Positions 13,196-28,162 of a DNA stretch of 64,000 nucleotides are shown here, piece by piece; positions within the stretch are counted from its first letter, which is position 1, and each line of letters begins with the position of its first letter. The stretch spans positions 814,801 to 878,800 of the forward strand of contig CM082593.2 in the NCBI GenBank assembly GCA_040954595.2, in the 5' to 3' direction. The notes beneath the pieces were generated by a model. The model was not told the DNA's origin. It did not search any database and saw nothing but the letters and a program-made list of their open reading frames with translations. The stretch is from Balanoglossus misakiensis. Taxonomy: Eukaryota; Animalia; Hemichordata. A program made the translations under genes and the position numbers.

Positions 13196-16100
13196 GGTTT
13201 TCTGTTTCGTTCCCATGCATGTATTTTCGGCAGTTGTTGAAGTCATTTGTATATTGTAGTGGAAAGAAAGATATTTCATAACAAGAATGAGGGATATACA
13301 TGTATCTGTGTGGAGTGGTTGAGGCTTGACAGTAAATATTTATATTGGCAACACACAACCTGTTCTTGATTTATACATTCTCGTTTTGCACTGAGTGACA
13401 CAAAGCTTTACTAGAGACCCGGGTTCAGATACACAAGTGAAGTCAACCAAAGCAAACGTAGACAGTTATTACTCAGGAGAAAAAGCAAGTCGCACAAAAA
13501 CACACTTTGTTTACAGCGGACAATGTCTGCGTGGGGCACAAACTGGAATTGATGGATGGTACAAGAAGTTACAACAGCATCTCCCACACACACACACGGT
13601 CACTCCAAAATCCGGCCACTCATAAAATATAAGCATTGTTAATCCTAGCAATTCCATGTACAAGTGGAATAAGCTAGGTGTTAAGGTTGGATTAAAGTAT
13701 CAGACAGGTTATTACTTCTCTTAAATATATGTTCTGTAGAGAGCCACTGTGAGTGATTGACCAGTGACCTTATGTGTCTTATAGGTCAAGCCCCCCTAAA
13801 TATGCCACTATCGGAGAGAAAAGTTTCTGTGTGCGGAAAGTTAGGGGTGGAGGAGGGAAGGGGTTTTGCATTCCTCGTATGTGATGAGTAAACTCAATAA
13901 AGATGTGCCAAGTATGAGTATAGTCGCAGTAACGCAATGCAGACATGAAGAAACAGCTGGTCGAAGCTTGAAGGCTACTTGAGTAGATGCTGAGGTATTT
14001 GAAGATTGATGTAATGACCACAGGTAGCTGACTGTAATGTGACAAAGGCGAACTTATCATCCTTTAAACAGAGATTAAATCACATTGACCTTGTCATCGT
14101 GTCTAGTGCTTGCCTGTACATTTTGTTCTGAAAGTGATAGCTGTCATACGGACGTGTCACATGATTTCTGGTGGAATTTCGAAGAATATTCCAATAAGAA
14201 AGTCCATAAAATCATTAATATTCAGAGTTCAAGTACATATAAACATATTTGTTGGTTTGTTTTCGTGAGTCTCTCACAAACCTAACTCTGATAACCAGCT
14301 ATCATACAGATACTGTCAGTTTACCAGCTGACAATGGCTGTCAGACTTTTGATGGCCCATATTTAAAATGGGGAAGTGAGTTGTATCATAAGAAAATATC
14401 ACATTTCACATCCTTGTATGCAAAGTCAATGAGTATTTTTGACAAATCAAAAAGGCAGTGAATGCACACGGAATCGAAAATGATTTTCTTCGACCACATG
14501 TGACTATAGTCGTGATATCCAAAGTAGAAGAATCATGAAGGAAGGATTATCATTGTCCAAATATTTATTTTTCCCATAACCTGGTGATTGGAAGGACCTG
14601 GCTTGCAGTACCTTACTTATCCTCCTAAAACAACACTTCCTATTGAACTCTATAATCCATCAGTGCTTCTTGCATACATGTTCTTGAATCATCGTATCTT
14701 AGGAATATTCTAAGTTTATGAGTGTTGTTTGCTGGAATGCGTTATACTTTGCTTATTGCCAGGGAAGAATTTTGTGTAGGACATCAACAGAAAAATGAAG
14801 GATGCAGGAAATACATTTGCACGTAGATTTAATCGCCATGTCTTGCACTGTGAGAAATCTTCTCGTCGGGAAATTCACACGACAGCTTGCATGCCAAGCA
14901 GTGATCTAATGCGCCGAACATAGAAACGATTCTCTGTGGTTTGTTCCAGACCATGAGGGAATGAAAAAGATTAATTAAACAGTGGAATTCCCATGACGAT
15001 GTTGGTCATGCTGTGTTGATTCCTGATGAAAAATAAGCCAGGTATCCCATGTGTACAAGAGTATCATTGTGAATTTTCGCACCGACACATGTCAGAGGTT
15101 AAAGGTCACACAAGATGACATTTATTTGAAATCTCAGCTGAAAGATGATCCTGTTTCCTTATATGCTCTAAAGTGAAGAGCGTTTTCATGTCACAACCTC
15201 AAGTTAGGATATCCTTGTTTATTTACGGCGGCAATTAAGAAACAAAAGAACAAATGAGAGTTTCCCCTTCTTTGGCTTCAGCTGGGGCAGACCACAAGAG
15301 TGGTCTGAAGATATGGGATTCTTCAAGACCTGCTGTGTGTGTGCTGGTGTTTATCAGGGGATGATATTCGATAGTGTGTTCTCAGTCGGAATTATCTCAA
15401 ACCTCTCAATGTACTGTTATAGAGACTCTGCTGCTGTTTGCAAAATTCACGCTTGTAATAATCCGTCTCTTCGAATTTGACTCCCGGTTCTCATTCCTTG
15501 TGATATCTCTTGCATTGAATTGCTTCGACGTTCAATTCAGGAAAGTGATACACGATGGAAAACATTCAGGTTCTCATGCATAGTTCCTGTGGACATAGAG
15601 ACAGATGAATTCTAAAAACAACCTCTTTTCTTTTACTCTTCTAATGCATGGATTGCAAATTCATCCCAAACACACATGGCTGTAACTCTAACGCCCCACC
15701 ACGAAGTCGGTCCATCTAGAACCGTACCACATACATCGCCCAGTCAGGAAGATTTCCACAGATCATAAATATTCACCGCAAATGTTTTGTTATTGAAGAT
15801 AAAATATTATATGTTTGTTTTCAAAGATAATGCAGGATCATATGAATAAATTGATGAGATATTATACTTTACCAGGGTCTGTTAGGTCACTGAGGGTCGC
15901 GCTCTGGGTACAGAGGTTGTAATAATAAATGGTGCTACTGGTAAACTGACAGAGTACGAAGATTGGTAAACTTTGCGAGTACGTACATCTGTACATCATA
16001 TCAACTTGGAACTTTGCAGTAAATCTGTGATTTCTGTTGTAAATGCTTCCTCGTAGAATGTCTCCGACATTGCTTTGATTGAGTTATGGCAGTGTTCATT

Positions 16101-19100
16101 CAACAATCGTTATTCCTGCTAATGCATTTTTTTCTCTCAGTTGCTAAGGAGTGTAGTTGTTAAGTTTGTACGTATTTATGAATTTATAGTAGTGTTTCTG
16201 TGTCAATACTTTGCACTTTTCCAATGAGTCAAACTTCTTTGCGAGACTGCATGCCTACACAGAGTCAAACCCTACTTGATCTGCTTTCTTTTTAAATGCT
16301 TGACTGTTGGTATAAACACAAGTTTGATTTAAACAGACACGGACAATGGTGTGATGTTCTGCTTGTAGAGAGAGGGATGCCAAAATACACGTAAGACAAA
16401 TCAGATTGGTTCCCATGCAATGACACCAAATATGTTGGGAAACATTTTATTTACATAAACCCACATTTTCTTCAGGGGAACTAAATTAACTGATTTAAAA
16501 ATACTTCATGAAGGACTGTTTATCTTCATCAGAAAAAATAAACTTCGACTTAGAGAAAAATTATCAGACATGATCTGTTTTATTTATTGCCCGTGACCCG
16601 TGATTTACTTTGGCTTAAGATCCCTTCAGAAAGACTCTCGAGGAACAATCCACTTTTGAAGGACATATAGGGGTTGTAGGGTCATGCTCTACATGATGTT
16701 CCTGCTGAGTTGAACCCGAGTGTCTTGGTGGTCTTACAGGATCAGACATGCTATTTCCAACTCAACAGATTTAGTATCTCTGTGTAAAAGACACCTTGGG
16801 GGCCTGCAGAAGCCGGAAGATTGATCTGTCCTGGATATTTTGAGATTTACCACTGTCTCCAAACTCTGTCGGTCCAACACAGTCTTTTTCTGAAATTGTG
16901 GGAAAATTGTTATGTTATTTTTTTATAAAATGTGTAATTTATTGTAGAGATTTATTGTTAAAATGCAACAGACTCCAGAAAATACCATCAAAGATGATAA
17001 ATGTTATAGTAGTAGCTCAGAAGCGGACCAAAGAAAAGGCACTAGGTTATTGTGCTTTAAATTTAAAGAATTGAACGTTTTTGGCTGGCGAGTCCCATCA
17101 CTTCTGGTGAGTGAACAGGAAGTCTAATGCCTGGATGTGATGTTGACCTGAGGATGTAAGTTCAAAGTGTCAAAGGTCACGGTGTGCAACCTGGGTGACT
17201 AATTTCCCTGACAAATGTTTGATTTTGTGATTTTGCTGAATGTCCATGTAGCATTGCACTTTAATTCCAGAGATTGACTTTGCACTGAGGGTTACTGACG
17301 GTCAGAGTGATATTTGAAACAGACAGTCTGTGAGGCTCAAGAATTCAGAAAGAATTTACTGTTTGAGTTGAGTCATTCTTCTGAAGGTTTTCACTGTTTT
17401 CTCCCTGTGAGAAGAATTGTTCTATCCTTTTGATGTGGTTTCAACCTCCCCCCTTGTCAAGGCTGATCTATGCAGGGGCAATTATACTGAAGGCATGAGG
17501 ATGTCAACGCGAAGTTTGACAGACGACACTGTTATGTGATTCCTGTAATATTTATTTTTAATTTCAGTCAGGAGTGACGTGCATATTTATTGGACAGAGA
17601 CTGTCTGCAGTTGCTCTAAAGAGTATTTACTCAGAACTGTGACTTTTCAAACCTAGGGTTTTTGGATTTTCCCCTGAGCATTAAATGAAGGCTTATTACA
17701 CTTTTAGTGAGCGCAACTTTTTCCCTTTAGGAGTTCTGTAAACAGACCATTACACCCGAAGACACAATTTAAAAACACTGATATTCGAAAATAAATGCAG
17801 AGAGCAATATATTGTGTGCTTAAGTGTCCCTCCTGACAACCAGGAGTCGTGGGACCTTGTAAATGTTGAGATATTTTTGGAATGATGAGGTATTTAGGGT
17901 ATTGGGACTGCAAAGTTTGATTGTGTCTGCGGTATCTGTGTGATTCGTGGTGACCGCCCTGACATTTTGAGTTCACCATTCCAGTTGAAAATCTGTGTCA
18001 ACACTTGTACAGTTTTGTAAACAAAATAAATTACATAGCATCTCTGCTCTGAAGTCTCATAGAGCTGTTTCTGTATTTCCAAGCTCTGTGTTAATTTCCA
18101 TGTTTGTTTTTATGAAGCAAACCAAAAACGGTAGGCTTCAGACAGTTGGAATCATCACATTACTCCTCAAATTTATTGTTTCATTATTTATTTTCTGTAG
18201 ATTCAGTACCAAATTAGATGTGATTTTTGTCATGGTGTAAAACTCCCCATGCTTTGTTCTAAAAGTGATTTTAATTTATCATGGGTCCAGAACAGAATAC
18301 TAGTATCACATTCATTATTTGTGTGCATCATAACATTCAAGTAGATTGAAAATACTGCAAACAGTTTTGTCAAAATTACTAGTCTCTCATCTACTCATGG
18401 CAGAATAATTAATAGCCCTTTCACCCCATTTGCCTGTGTAGAGTTTCAAATAGGGAGCTGTTATCTTTCTGTGCTGGTACATTTCAGCGAGATATTTGAA
18501 ATGCAGAAAAGTTCTCCTTAGGTCAAACGAAACAGCGCACAGAACTTTAACACCTTCAGGCCATAAAAATATACATGTCTGGCATTTAAACCCAGCACTG
18601 TTGAGATTACAAGCTTTTATAAAACCGTGTTTTGAAATCTTCTCTTTACTGTATAAATAACTGTTTAGCCAGCGAAAATATTATTAGTTCACGTGTTGAA
18701 AGATCCTTAATAGAATATGACCTTGGTTGGCTTTCACACTTGAATGCCTATGAAGTTTATGTTTCAGCTGTTGGCCATCTCTGAATTTTTATTAGTTTCC
18801 CAAGTGTTGGTTAGAAAACTTAAAAGTTGAAGACGTCAAGTGGCAGCTTGGAGTTCTGAACGGTCAGTAAGTCTCAGTTGTCAGCAGTTGTTCTTGAACA
18901 GTGGCTGTGATGACAAGCTGAATGGTGAGCATGTTGGGAAAAGAACAAGGCTAGACACAGATCTATATTAACGGTTACAGTTGTCCCATTAACAAACCCT
19001 TTCCTTGACTTGAGGAAGTGTTTCAGTAATTGAAAAAAAAAGCATGACTAATCAATGTGAAAAAATATACAGTGATCAGTCTCAGTTTATTTATTGTGTA

Positions 19101-22100
19101 AAGTGTAGAGTTCATTGAAGGTTGTGTAAACTTCATGCTGGTTTAAGTGTTACTGTAAATGTGTATGTTTTGGAAATCAAAACTCCCAAAGACTGCTGGG
19201 ATTGAGTCTCATTTCAGACCGGTCTGCTCCACAGGCAGAATTACTGTGCTTTGTCAGTGTTGAAATAGGTTCACATATAAAGCATTATGATGAAAGGTAC
19301 GTCACGTAAATTACGACCACTTTTGCAAAGAGTGAAGCCCATTCCCAAATTCAGATGCATACATCACAGCTTGATTCTGAGAGCCACTATTAAAAAACCT
19401 ATTAACAGCCAGTAATGGGCCAACAAGCCCCTCCCAAATGATGATGAAAATAAAGGGGGACCTCACAACTAGGAGGTCCCTCAAACTCTTGTCTATTGAC
19501 CTTTTAATTAGAGTATAATTTTACAAAGTGCTGAAGTATGGCTGTCTAAACAGAACACAGGAAATAGCAGTTTTCCGAGTGGCTACTGTATAAATTGACA
19601 ATGGGGACATGGATTTAGTTGTCTAGACTTACTAATACCCATGTTACATGCTGTGACTCTGCAGAAGCTGAGTTTACATGGGATTGGAGCCTCACATGTC
19701 TTGTCTTTATTTGATGTCATGGCTTTTACAGTTTCAGAGCAACATAGCTGGGAACGCAAGACTGAAGATTCTCAGTGTTATTCAGTATTTTTTTAAGAAC
19801 ATGATATCATGGTGTCGGTTTGCCTCTAAAAGTGTAAATCAACTTATTTTAAAGCTATGAATCCCACCCTACATACATCATAACACATATACACTGATTG
19901 TATTAAAATACTAGGGATTATTTTTACCCTGAAAATAACAGTGTATCAAGTATCTATACATGTTTGAGTCAAAATTTATAATTGGAACACTGACTGATCG
20001 GGGAAAGTCTGGAATAGAGATTTCATATCACATAAAGATGGGAAATAGCTCAAATTATAGCTTTTACTTCTAGGAAAGGAGCAAGTGTTAATGCCTTTTC
20101 ATCTAATTAACTATCAGGCTGATTTCTGAATAATGTAATTATTATAGAATCACGTTATGAATTACCTAGCGGTATTGATTATTAATTATTCAATCTGAAA
20201 AGAGTGAAACAGAAAGAGTGAAGTTGAAGATCATTTGTTGTGACATTTGAGATGTCTTCTTGTAAATCAGATATTTCTATCCACTTAGGTTTATCCTTGT
20301 CTTGTACACTTGCTGTGCTTCCGCTCTCAGGTTTCGGGCCAATATTTGAAAATAAGTCTCCCCAGCGATGACATAAAAAAACACAAGTTCTGCCAACTCA
20401 CGTTTGGATTACAAAGCTCACTATCACTGTCATGAGGTAGCAAGAACTAATATAAGAGAAGCCACAAATGTAAAAGCAATGGGGGATTGATGAAGACATA
20501 GCTTTTTTCAATTTGATGAAAAGTATCAAATGTGTGGCATTTTACTCATGCCCTCCCGTGGTGGCCGGCTAGGTTAGACTTTGTGGATGACCTTTTTATG
20601 CAACTTGACATGGACATTGCATCAGTAAGAGAATAGTCTGCCTAGTTTCAAGTAGAGTGACCTCTTTTACACTAATCGCTGGACGGACGTGATGATTGGA
20701 GGTGGGACAAAACATGAGGTCATAATGGTGGAGACTAGCAAAATCTGATTGCCTTAGTGATTATCATCTGAATGGTTTTGTAATCATAAATCTGATACGA
20801 TGCTATCAGAGTTATTGGCTACAATATGCCTTCCCTTCCATCAAATCTTTCTATATTTTTTAGGAGGAGGGGGAAGGATTGTCGTACTTGTTCCCGGATG
20901 TTGTGTTAAGGATCGGACTAGTGTACCTGGGGAGGACAAAAACGTCATCATTCTCGAGGAGCGTTCACAGCCAACAAATTCAATTCAAAGCTGATTTATA
21001 TGAAATTAGCATTTTCATTTAGAGATCTGTTAGCTCAGTCTTTGACAGAGAGAAAGAATATTTGCTCATCCTGTAAACAGGAACTTCGGAAGTTTGTACA
21101 AAGTATTTCAGATAAGAATGCAGTGAAAAAAGGGATAATCCTGTGTTGTAGTTGTCGTCACTTAAAAGTGCAAGTAACATGTTCACATGTTGATCTGGTC
21201 ATTTGACCTCAAGTTCAAATGTGTCACCATTGTCGTGGCAAGTCTCTGTTGCATGTGAACTTAGCTTTGGACTCATTTGGGTGTGAGCTTGTGACACATT
21301 GAATGAATTGCGTAATTTCAAGACAATTGATGATGACACGTAGACCGCGTGATGTTTGTGCAGTCTGTTTTAGCCATAGGGAAAATCTATGTCCAGGCAT
21401 GTGTATGGGAAAATAGTGATGTCAGCGTCATATGATGTTTGTATGACATGCTAAAGTCATTTCAGTTTCAATTCTCCAGGACAATTTCTCACGCCCTCGG
21501 ATTTCAGGGATTCTGTTTCTTGGCAGAGTGCAGGGTTTGACCGAGATTTTGCATCAGACGGGAACTACCCTTCAAAATCACCCTGACGTCACTGTATTGT
21601 GAAACTTATTTGTTTTCAGGGAAAATTTCTCACCAACTTGATTGTTCTGAAGTCATTTGTCCGATAACAAAAGTGTGCCGCCATCGATAGAAAGAAGTAC
21701 CGGCATTAGTATGTAGTGAAACAGGCCAAGGTATAACCACCATATTTGGACATTAGAAAAAAGGCTTGGCTGATGAATATTCATGACTTTCCATATTTGG
21801 AACACAGGTGAATGAAATTTACATAGTGTAGTATTTCTGTATTTGAAATGAGATTCACAGGCTTTACCTCATACGTAATACTTCTTCATGCGTGATTTAG
21901 TTTCTCATTCAGCCATATTTCGCCTTAAATCGTACCTAGGTAGTCTTCAAAGGAAAGTCGGCTGGTCAACTGTCGCAAATATTCGTCCTACATTTTGTAG
22001 TTTCCCCAAACGTTGTAGTAAACAGATAGGCATTGGCTTGGAATGTTCCCTATGGTAATATGTATGCTTTGAAGTTTGAGTGCTTGCCTCATAGGTGACC

Positions 22101-22228
22101 CTGTGTACACTTAAGACTTTGTATCTACGTCAGCCCACCCACAGATACCTCTACTTGCATACCCACACACTGTCCTATTTACGCTAACGCCCCCTTCTAG
22201 ACATACAGGTTGCCGTCGCTCAAGATGG

Positions 22229-22500
22229 ACATAATTCAAAAACTGCATTTTTCACATGCGTAAACCAGGTTGTCTCAATCAGCACATTTTTGGGCTGGTT
22301 ATAATCATTTGGACTGGTTCAAAGATTGTGTACTAAAGGAGATGTTTGCATGCATTGGTCGACTTGTGTACATAATTCAAAGTCCGCATTTTTCACATGC
22401 GTAAACCAGGTTGTCTTGATCATCATATTTTGGACCTGCTTTAAATCATCGTACTGGTACATGATTCAAATTCTGTGTGAAGGAAATGTTTGACTAGATT
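22229..22500. repeat. Degenerate ~141-bp direct repeat, probably a transposon remnant
   Basis: ACATAATTCAAA..GCATTTTTCACATGCGTAAACCAGGTTGTCT occurs at 22229 and 22370. Confidence 0.7.
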
Positions 22501-24207
22501 ACGCCATGCGCTTTAAGGATGGAATGTGGCATTTACGATGCCCTCAGGCCATTGGTCGTATTTTTGTTTCTTCAAAAGTGGTACAATAGTTCAACATGGT
22601 GAGGTTATCTTGACCTTGTTTGCTTAATTTGTCTGGATGCCTGTCTGTTACATGAACACCCAAAAACAATCCATGACTGAAGATGAAACGTGACAAGGTT
22701 GTCAGTCAGGCCTTTACAGAAGAATCATTTCAGCTGATCTTTCTAATTTGCATAATACCATTTCCCAATCAGTAAAAATGTTCATGAATATTAGTTTGCT
22801 ATGGTGTAGTGTTCATTGCAAATTCTGGCTCTAGTGTTTTGGAAAAGATCATCCATTTGCATCAAGATAATTAGTAGTCTTTTCCATACCTGTGTGACTT
22901 TGATTTTTACATATGAATATGCCAGGCAAGTCCAGACATATTCATGATTAAAAAAGAAAAAGAAATGAAGGGTCTGTCTCAACTATGGGGAATAACTAGT
23001 ACTCCCCTGCGAGTCTGAAGTCAGAGATTTCCTTGACCTCTAAGTATAATGTCCCACGACCTTGTTCCATGTCGGCATTTGAAATGGCTAACCTGTTTAC
23101 TGCAACAGCTACATGGACACGTTTGCAGTCTGTGTTGGTGTGGAGACCTACATGGCTAATCGGCAGGCAGGCACTCAAAAAACTTGACAAACTCAACAGA
23201 AGTGTCAAAATGTGGCCGTGAATTCACAGAAATTCATGCGGTCTGTCCTCTGTTGCCTAGCAACTGATGTAAAATGTGGAGGAACAGAACCTGGGCTGTG
23301 TGTCGATCACGCAAAGTGTGAAAAATGGCCGCGCTTCATATTCTTCAGTATCCATGGTTTCAAAGTTGGATTTCTGTGCAGGGAAATAGAGTGAGAGGCT
23401 GATGAAAAGTTCAAAGGATGCAAATTTGTTTTTTTAACGTTTAGTATTCCTGATTTTGCTTTGCACACAGACTATGGATTGTGTGTTTAACTGCCACTGT
23501 TAGAGTTTCTTCTCTCTCACCAAGTACCACCAATATTTTGACAAAGGTGAATTAACCAAGATCTTTGTTTTTTCGAAAAACAATAAGAAGACAATAGAGA
23601 CAAAGAAATCTTAAGGAGTCATTGTTGACTTTTCAGTCCACTATTGTTTTACCTTTTCTTTGATCTGTTGCCTACAGGTGAACTATCTGTGTGTCTACTT
23701 GGAAGACCCACATAGACTTCAGCAATTTTCCAAATACCTTCCTTTTACCCAAAACTAAGACTTGCAACAAATTTGTGAAAACTGTTGCTGAAACAGTTAT
23801 AGCATCTGCGAGGCTATTCAAAGGTTGGAAGGGAGGGGGGGGGGGGGGTGGAATACAGTAGGTCATGGAATGAAGTCATGCAAAAGCTTGTTCCCTGTCC
23901 CTGTGAATTTCATTAAATGTCAATCTCAAGCCTCTCGGTTTGTGCAACCGTGGGTCACACTTGACTGCCTGCCCAATTTCTTTTGTCGAGAGCCGAGCTA
24001 AGTCACACACAAATTTAGCTTCTCATCCCCATTAATAGAGTATCAGAGGCATCCTAAGCTTCTGAACTCTATTGTTTGTGGCAAATAGACCCTTATTGTC
24101 AATTGTCCCAACATGCCCACATTTACTGGTGCCTGGACCGTCTGAGCTCATTAATAAAAATATGTGTGTTCTCTCATTGTCCGCTGGCTCAATTTAAAGT
24201 CTGTTAA

Positions 24208-24620
24208 GGATGTACGCGCAGAACATAAACCGGAAACAGTGCGCGCCCGGTCTTTTTCCCATAGGATTACATTGAAAATTGCTAGAAAACAAACTTCTAC
24301 TATTGTCATTTTCACGAAATTTTACACATAGCTCAATCCAGCAAATATAAATTCATTGGGCAAATAAAATATAGGGGTCACCGCTCTCTATTTTGAGATA
24401 AATTGCGTCAAAAATTTTGCCCATAGACAAACCATTGGTGAAAAATGCTGAGTCATCAGTTTTCTTCTATTATCGGCTAAATTCATGGCTCTGTATTTCA
24501 AAAACAAGCGCGGTGACCCCAATATTTTATTACGGATTTTCATTATACATACAAAGGAGAATCCAAAAATCCACAATTAAAAAAAATGACAATACTTTCA
24601 ATTTTACTGAACGTACATCC
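24208..24620. mobile_element. MITE with TTAA target-site duplication (Kolobok-like GG termini)
   Basis: TTAA|GGATGTACG...CGTACATCC|TTAA. Internal inverted repeats: ATAAAATATAGGGGTCACCGC vs GCGGTGACCCCAATATTTTAT, and ATTGTCATTTT vs AAAATGACAAT. Confidence 0.8.
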
Positions 24621-26596
24621 TTAATTAGATGATGGCTTGTGTTAGAGACTGTGATTTCAGTTATTGTGCTTTTAACATGTACCCATTGAGTCAATTGCAT
24701 CATACCTGCTTCAATTACCCAACAGTAGGTAACCCCAAATTACAAATTCCCACCAAACCACAGGTAGCCTTGTTGCTAGTGCAAGCAAGTTCACACAGAC
24801 CCCCGTTCTCTTTTTGTGGCTTCTGTAAAACAATAAGAGCAATTTACAGTAAGTGGTCGGTTGAATTAAACTCCACCCTGTAAGTTGCTAATTGCAGGGA
24901 GAGCTTTTGTGTCAGTTTCATTAAGTTTCAAACATTTTGCAATACTGGCTCAGGTGTATATATTGTTTTGTTGTTTAAAACCAGCATAAACTTGCTTCAG
25001 CTTTTCTTGAAAGGACTTTTTTTGCATCTTATTAGATCACACTGAACGTCTTAGAAATTACCAAAGTTTAAAGTGACTGTTTCGAATTCTACAGCTTGTA
25101 ATTTCATCATGTCCATGCTGCAGAGACTTGTCACAGATTCTCAGGTGTGAAGTTAAATAGTGATGCCTCTCAGAGCTGTTTCTAGCTAATAAAATATCTT
25201 TCTGCTGACATTCTCCATTTTACAAGATTTTACCAACAAATTTGCATGAAGGCATATCACAGCTTGGTTTTAAAACCTATGATGCAAGATGCTCTCCCTT
25301 GAGACTAAACTAAATGATGTGGTTAGAAAAAAAGGTAACTGAATGAAACTGCATTTGAAAGACTTGTATGCAGGTAGGCCATCTCCCTCAGGAATCTGTC
25401 ACCTACTTAGCAAGCTGTAACTTTCCGCATCAGAGAAGAAAAAAAAGAGTGAATCTCCAAACAGGTAGCTGATACCTAGAGGTGACAATTTTGAAGGGGT
25501 TGTTTAGTTTCAGTGCAATTACTACATAAAATGAGATATTCTAAGAATTTTCAGAAGGTCAACAACACCAACCTAATTTTGTTTCAAAGTACAGTGTAGT
25601 CTGATATTTCATTCCATGAGATTCTAAAAAGTCTAGGGAAGAGTTATTCAAAGTTCATTCTACTTGATGTAACCACAAATGCAAATCATCGAGGACTGAT
25701 CTTTTATACTCAGTTTTGTGGTGCGTGGTAACCAGTGATTGTAAAATCCAAATAAGTTATGTAATTTTCTACCAAGTGGTAATGTTGTTAGCTGGTCCCT
25801 AGAAATATGCTAATTAATTGCATCCATTTTATGTACCCTGGGAATAACCCTTTACATCTCCAACATTGCGCAATTTAATACCAAATATATTGCTTAATCG
25901 ATTAGAAATGGTGTAGCAGAAAATTGGCGAAGGTTATTTCATGAAAGAGAAACTGTTTATGAGGCTTGGTATCTTTGTTGACGTAGACAGTTGTTCTACT
26001 ACAGCTGGGTAATAGTCTTCATTCGAAAGATAATTAATCTCAAGTCTGGAGGGAGGTTTGGACTGCCTTCTGTAAAGAGCACATCAAACACTGAAAGACA
26101 GGCAATTAAAGTGAAAGTTGATATGTTTTGTGTTCAAAGAGGGGTTATTGACATAAAGTCGACGAGGAATTATCAGAATATAGGCTGTCGAGTTGAACTG
26201 GTCAACCATTTTGAAAAATCAAAATGTCACAAAAGAAGGTGAAAATAGCTCAAATAAACCCCATTCCAGCCTGTTTCCTCTGAAAGGAAACTAAATGTTT
26301 TAATCCTTACAGAAACTGACAGTCAGTATATGGACATTGCATGCCATTCAAATCATGAACAACAACCCTTTGAAGTTTTTATTCCAACTTGTGTTTTATA
26401 AGAAACAGGTGTTCTGTACACTTCTTGAACTCATGAGGGCGCACTAACTGTCTCAAGAAAGTGCAAGTCGATTTTGTCACTGTTGCCGACAACAATGAGG
26501 GCAGTCAGAAACTGGAGATTGTATTACAGCCATTATTATACACAGTTTTTGTAAAGACAATATAATTTGACTCCCTTTCTTTTTTTATTTCCACAG

Positions 26597-26750
26597 CACA
26601 ACCACCAACAATCAGGAAAAAATTAAAAGATAAAAAAGTCAAAGAAGGAGCCAAATTTACATTAAAGTGTCAAGCTGAAGGTGTTCCGGCAGCTACAGTA
26701 AGCTGGACAAAGGATGGAGAGATTATTTCAAAAGGAGTTAAAAATAGCAA
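26597..26750 (+). CDS. nrg: Neuregulin-like gene, Ig domain exon A
   Basis: Acceptor TTTCCACAG| in phase 1, matching exon 1. Encodes (A)QPPTIRKKLKDKKVKEGAKFTLKCQAEGVPAATVSWTKDGEIISKGVKNS(K), with the Ig B-strand Cys and C-strand Trp. Donor AA|GTAAGT (phase 2). Not in the ORF track. Confidence 0.92.
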
Positions 26751-26896
26751 GTAAGTACTGAACATTTTCACTGTCCTCTTCTACCATATGTGCTTCACAT
26801 TCAATTTATGCTTGTTTTGACATGGTCTTGTTTATGTACTTTTTGCTATCAAGCGTTCTATGAAAATGTCATTGATTGTGTTTTTGTGCCTAACAG

Positions 26897-27006
26897 AAAA
26901 GGTTCGAGATTAAAAATTAAAAAGGCGAGGACGGGTCGCGATGATGGAGAGTATACATGTACAGCTGATAATGGCATTGGTCAAGTTTCAAGTTCAGCAG
27001 TTATAA
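26897..27006 (+). CDS. nrg: Neuregulin-like gene, Ig domain exon B
   Basis: Acceptor CCTAACAG| in phase 2. Encodes KGSRLKIKKARTGRDDGEYTCTADNGIGQVSSSAVI, with the DxGxYxC Ig motif. Donor A|GTAAGT (phase 1). Confidence 0.92.
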
Positions 27007-27724
27007 GTAAGTGTTGTTTTATTTATTTTTTATTTAGTGTTAATATTGGTGTATACATGTATTTATCATGTTGTTAGTGTGTGAGATGTGATTTGTGATG
27101 AATATGTGAACATTTGTGTAATTCTGATATTTTGAGTTTGATGAGATATGATGCCTTGTATTTTGTGATGTCTGTGGTGAGATGGATGGATGGGGTGTGT
27201 TGATTGGCTAGTTTTAAGAAGAAAGCTTCACCCTCATTTTGATTTTTCATTTGTAACTACTAAAATAACAAAAACCGGGTTTCAAAGAGATGAAATTTGA
27301 TCGAATGTCTTCCTGGGAAGCCGGCAATTTTAAGAGAACTTTCACGAAGTCTTCAACTTCTGGAGTTGTGAAGAAACAAACCGCTTTGGTTTCCTGTCTG
27401 TTGAAATGATAATGTCCTTTTAACCGGAGAGATCCTCCCTTCTTGGAAGTTGGAAGAGATTCCCTTTCATGATTGTTGACCCGTGGTGACCACTTCCGTG
27501 CCGATTTCCAATTTTGGAAACCGTGTGTGGTGGTCTGTCTTCACGCAAGGCAGGTCATCAGGACTTTCAACATCTTGGTGTCTGGTTGAGGGTGTACACC
27601 TTCCTCCTGGCTGACATTGAACAGGTGGTCAGAACTTCTTCTGAGTCATCCACTTAGTTACATCAGACAGTTTCTGTGGAGTGACATTTTTTTGGTACAT
27701 TGTGTAATGAAATGTGGGGAGAGT

Positions 27725-28050
27725 TACCTCTGACGTCATATAGTTCTGATTGACTCCACCTGTGTTGTAATGGAATAGTCCAAGATATGACCGCAAGGCG
27801 TCACTTGCAATATGTCACACATCACCTGACCAACCCAAAAGGCTCGGGGCAACTAGAGGTCACTGTTCCTTGTCCGGGTCTATACTACACGCATATTGGT
27901 GTTACTATGCGTGTACATGTATGTGTAGGGGCGGTGCATACAGAATGACATCATACCCATGTGACCTGGGGATCCCCATTAGTCGAGACGTCAGATTTCA
28001 ACCACAAGCTGGACCGTATAAAAAGAGCGTTCTCTATCCACGTGAGAGTG
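27725..28050 (+). promoter_or_regulatory. Putative internal promoter (CRE cluster plus TATA box)
   Basis: TGACGTCA (27731-27738), CGTCA (27799), GGGGCGG (27928), TGACATCA (27946), GACGTCA (27987), TATAAAAAG (28017-28025). The first ATG downstream of the TATA box is 28163. Confidence 0.6.
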
Positions 28051-28162
28051 ACACAAGTGAACTGACAGCACGACAGAACAACTTGGCCGATATACTGACG
28101 TGTAACCAACACTATTTCCAACTGTTGCCAAACTTTTGCCCTGTACCACCACAAACAGCTCG

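Noticed and set aside
2194-26596. Short ORFs in the 24.4 kb first intron as nested genes or extra exons
   Set aside because: None shows a recognisable domain. Exon 1 (phase 1) joins the Ig exon directly in frame, though small alternative exons cannot be excluded by eye.
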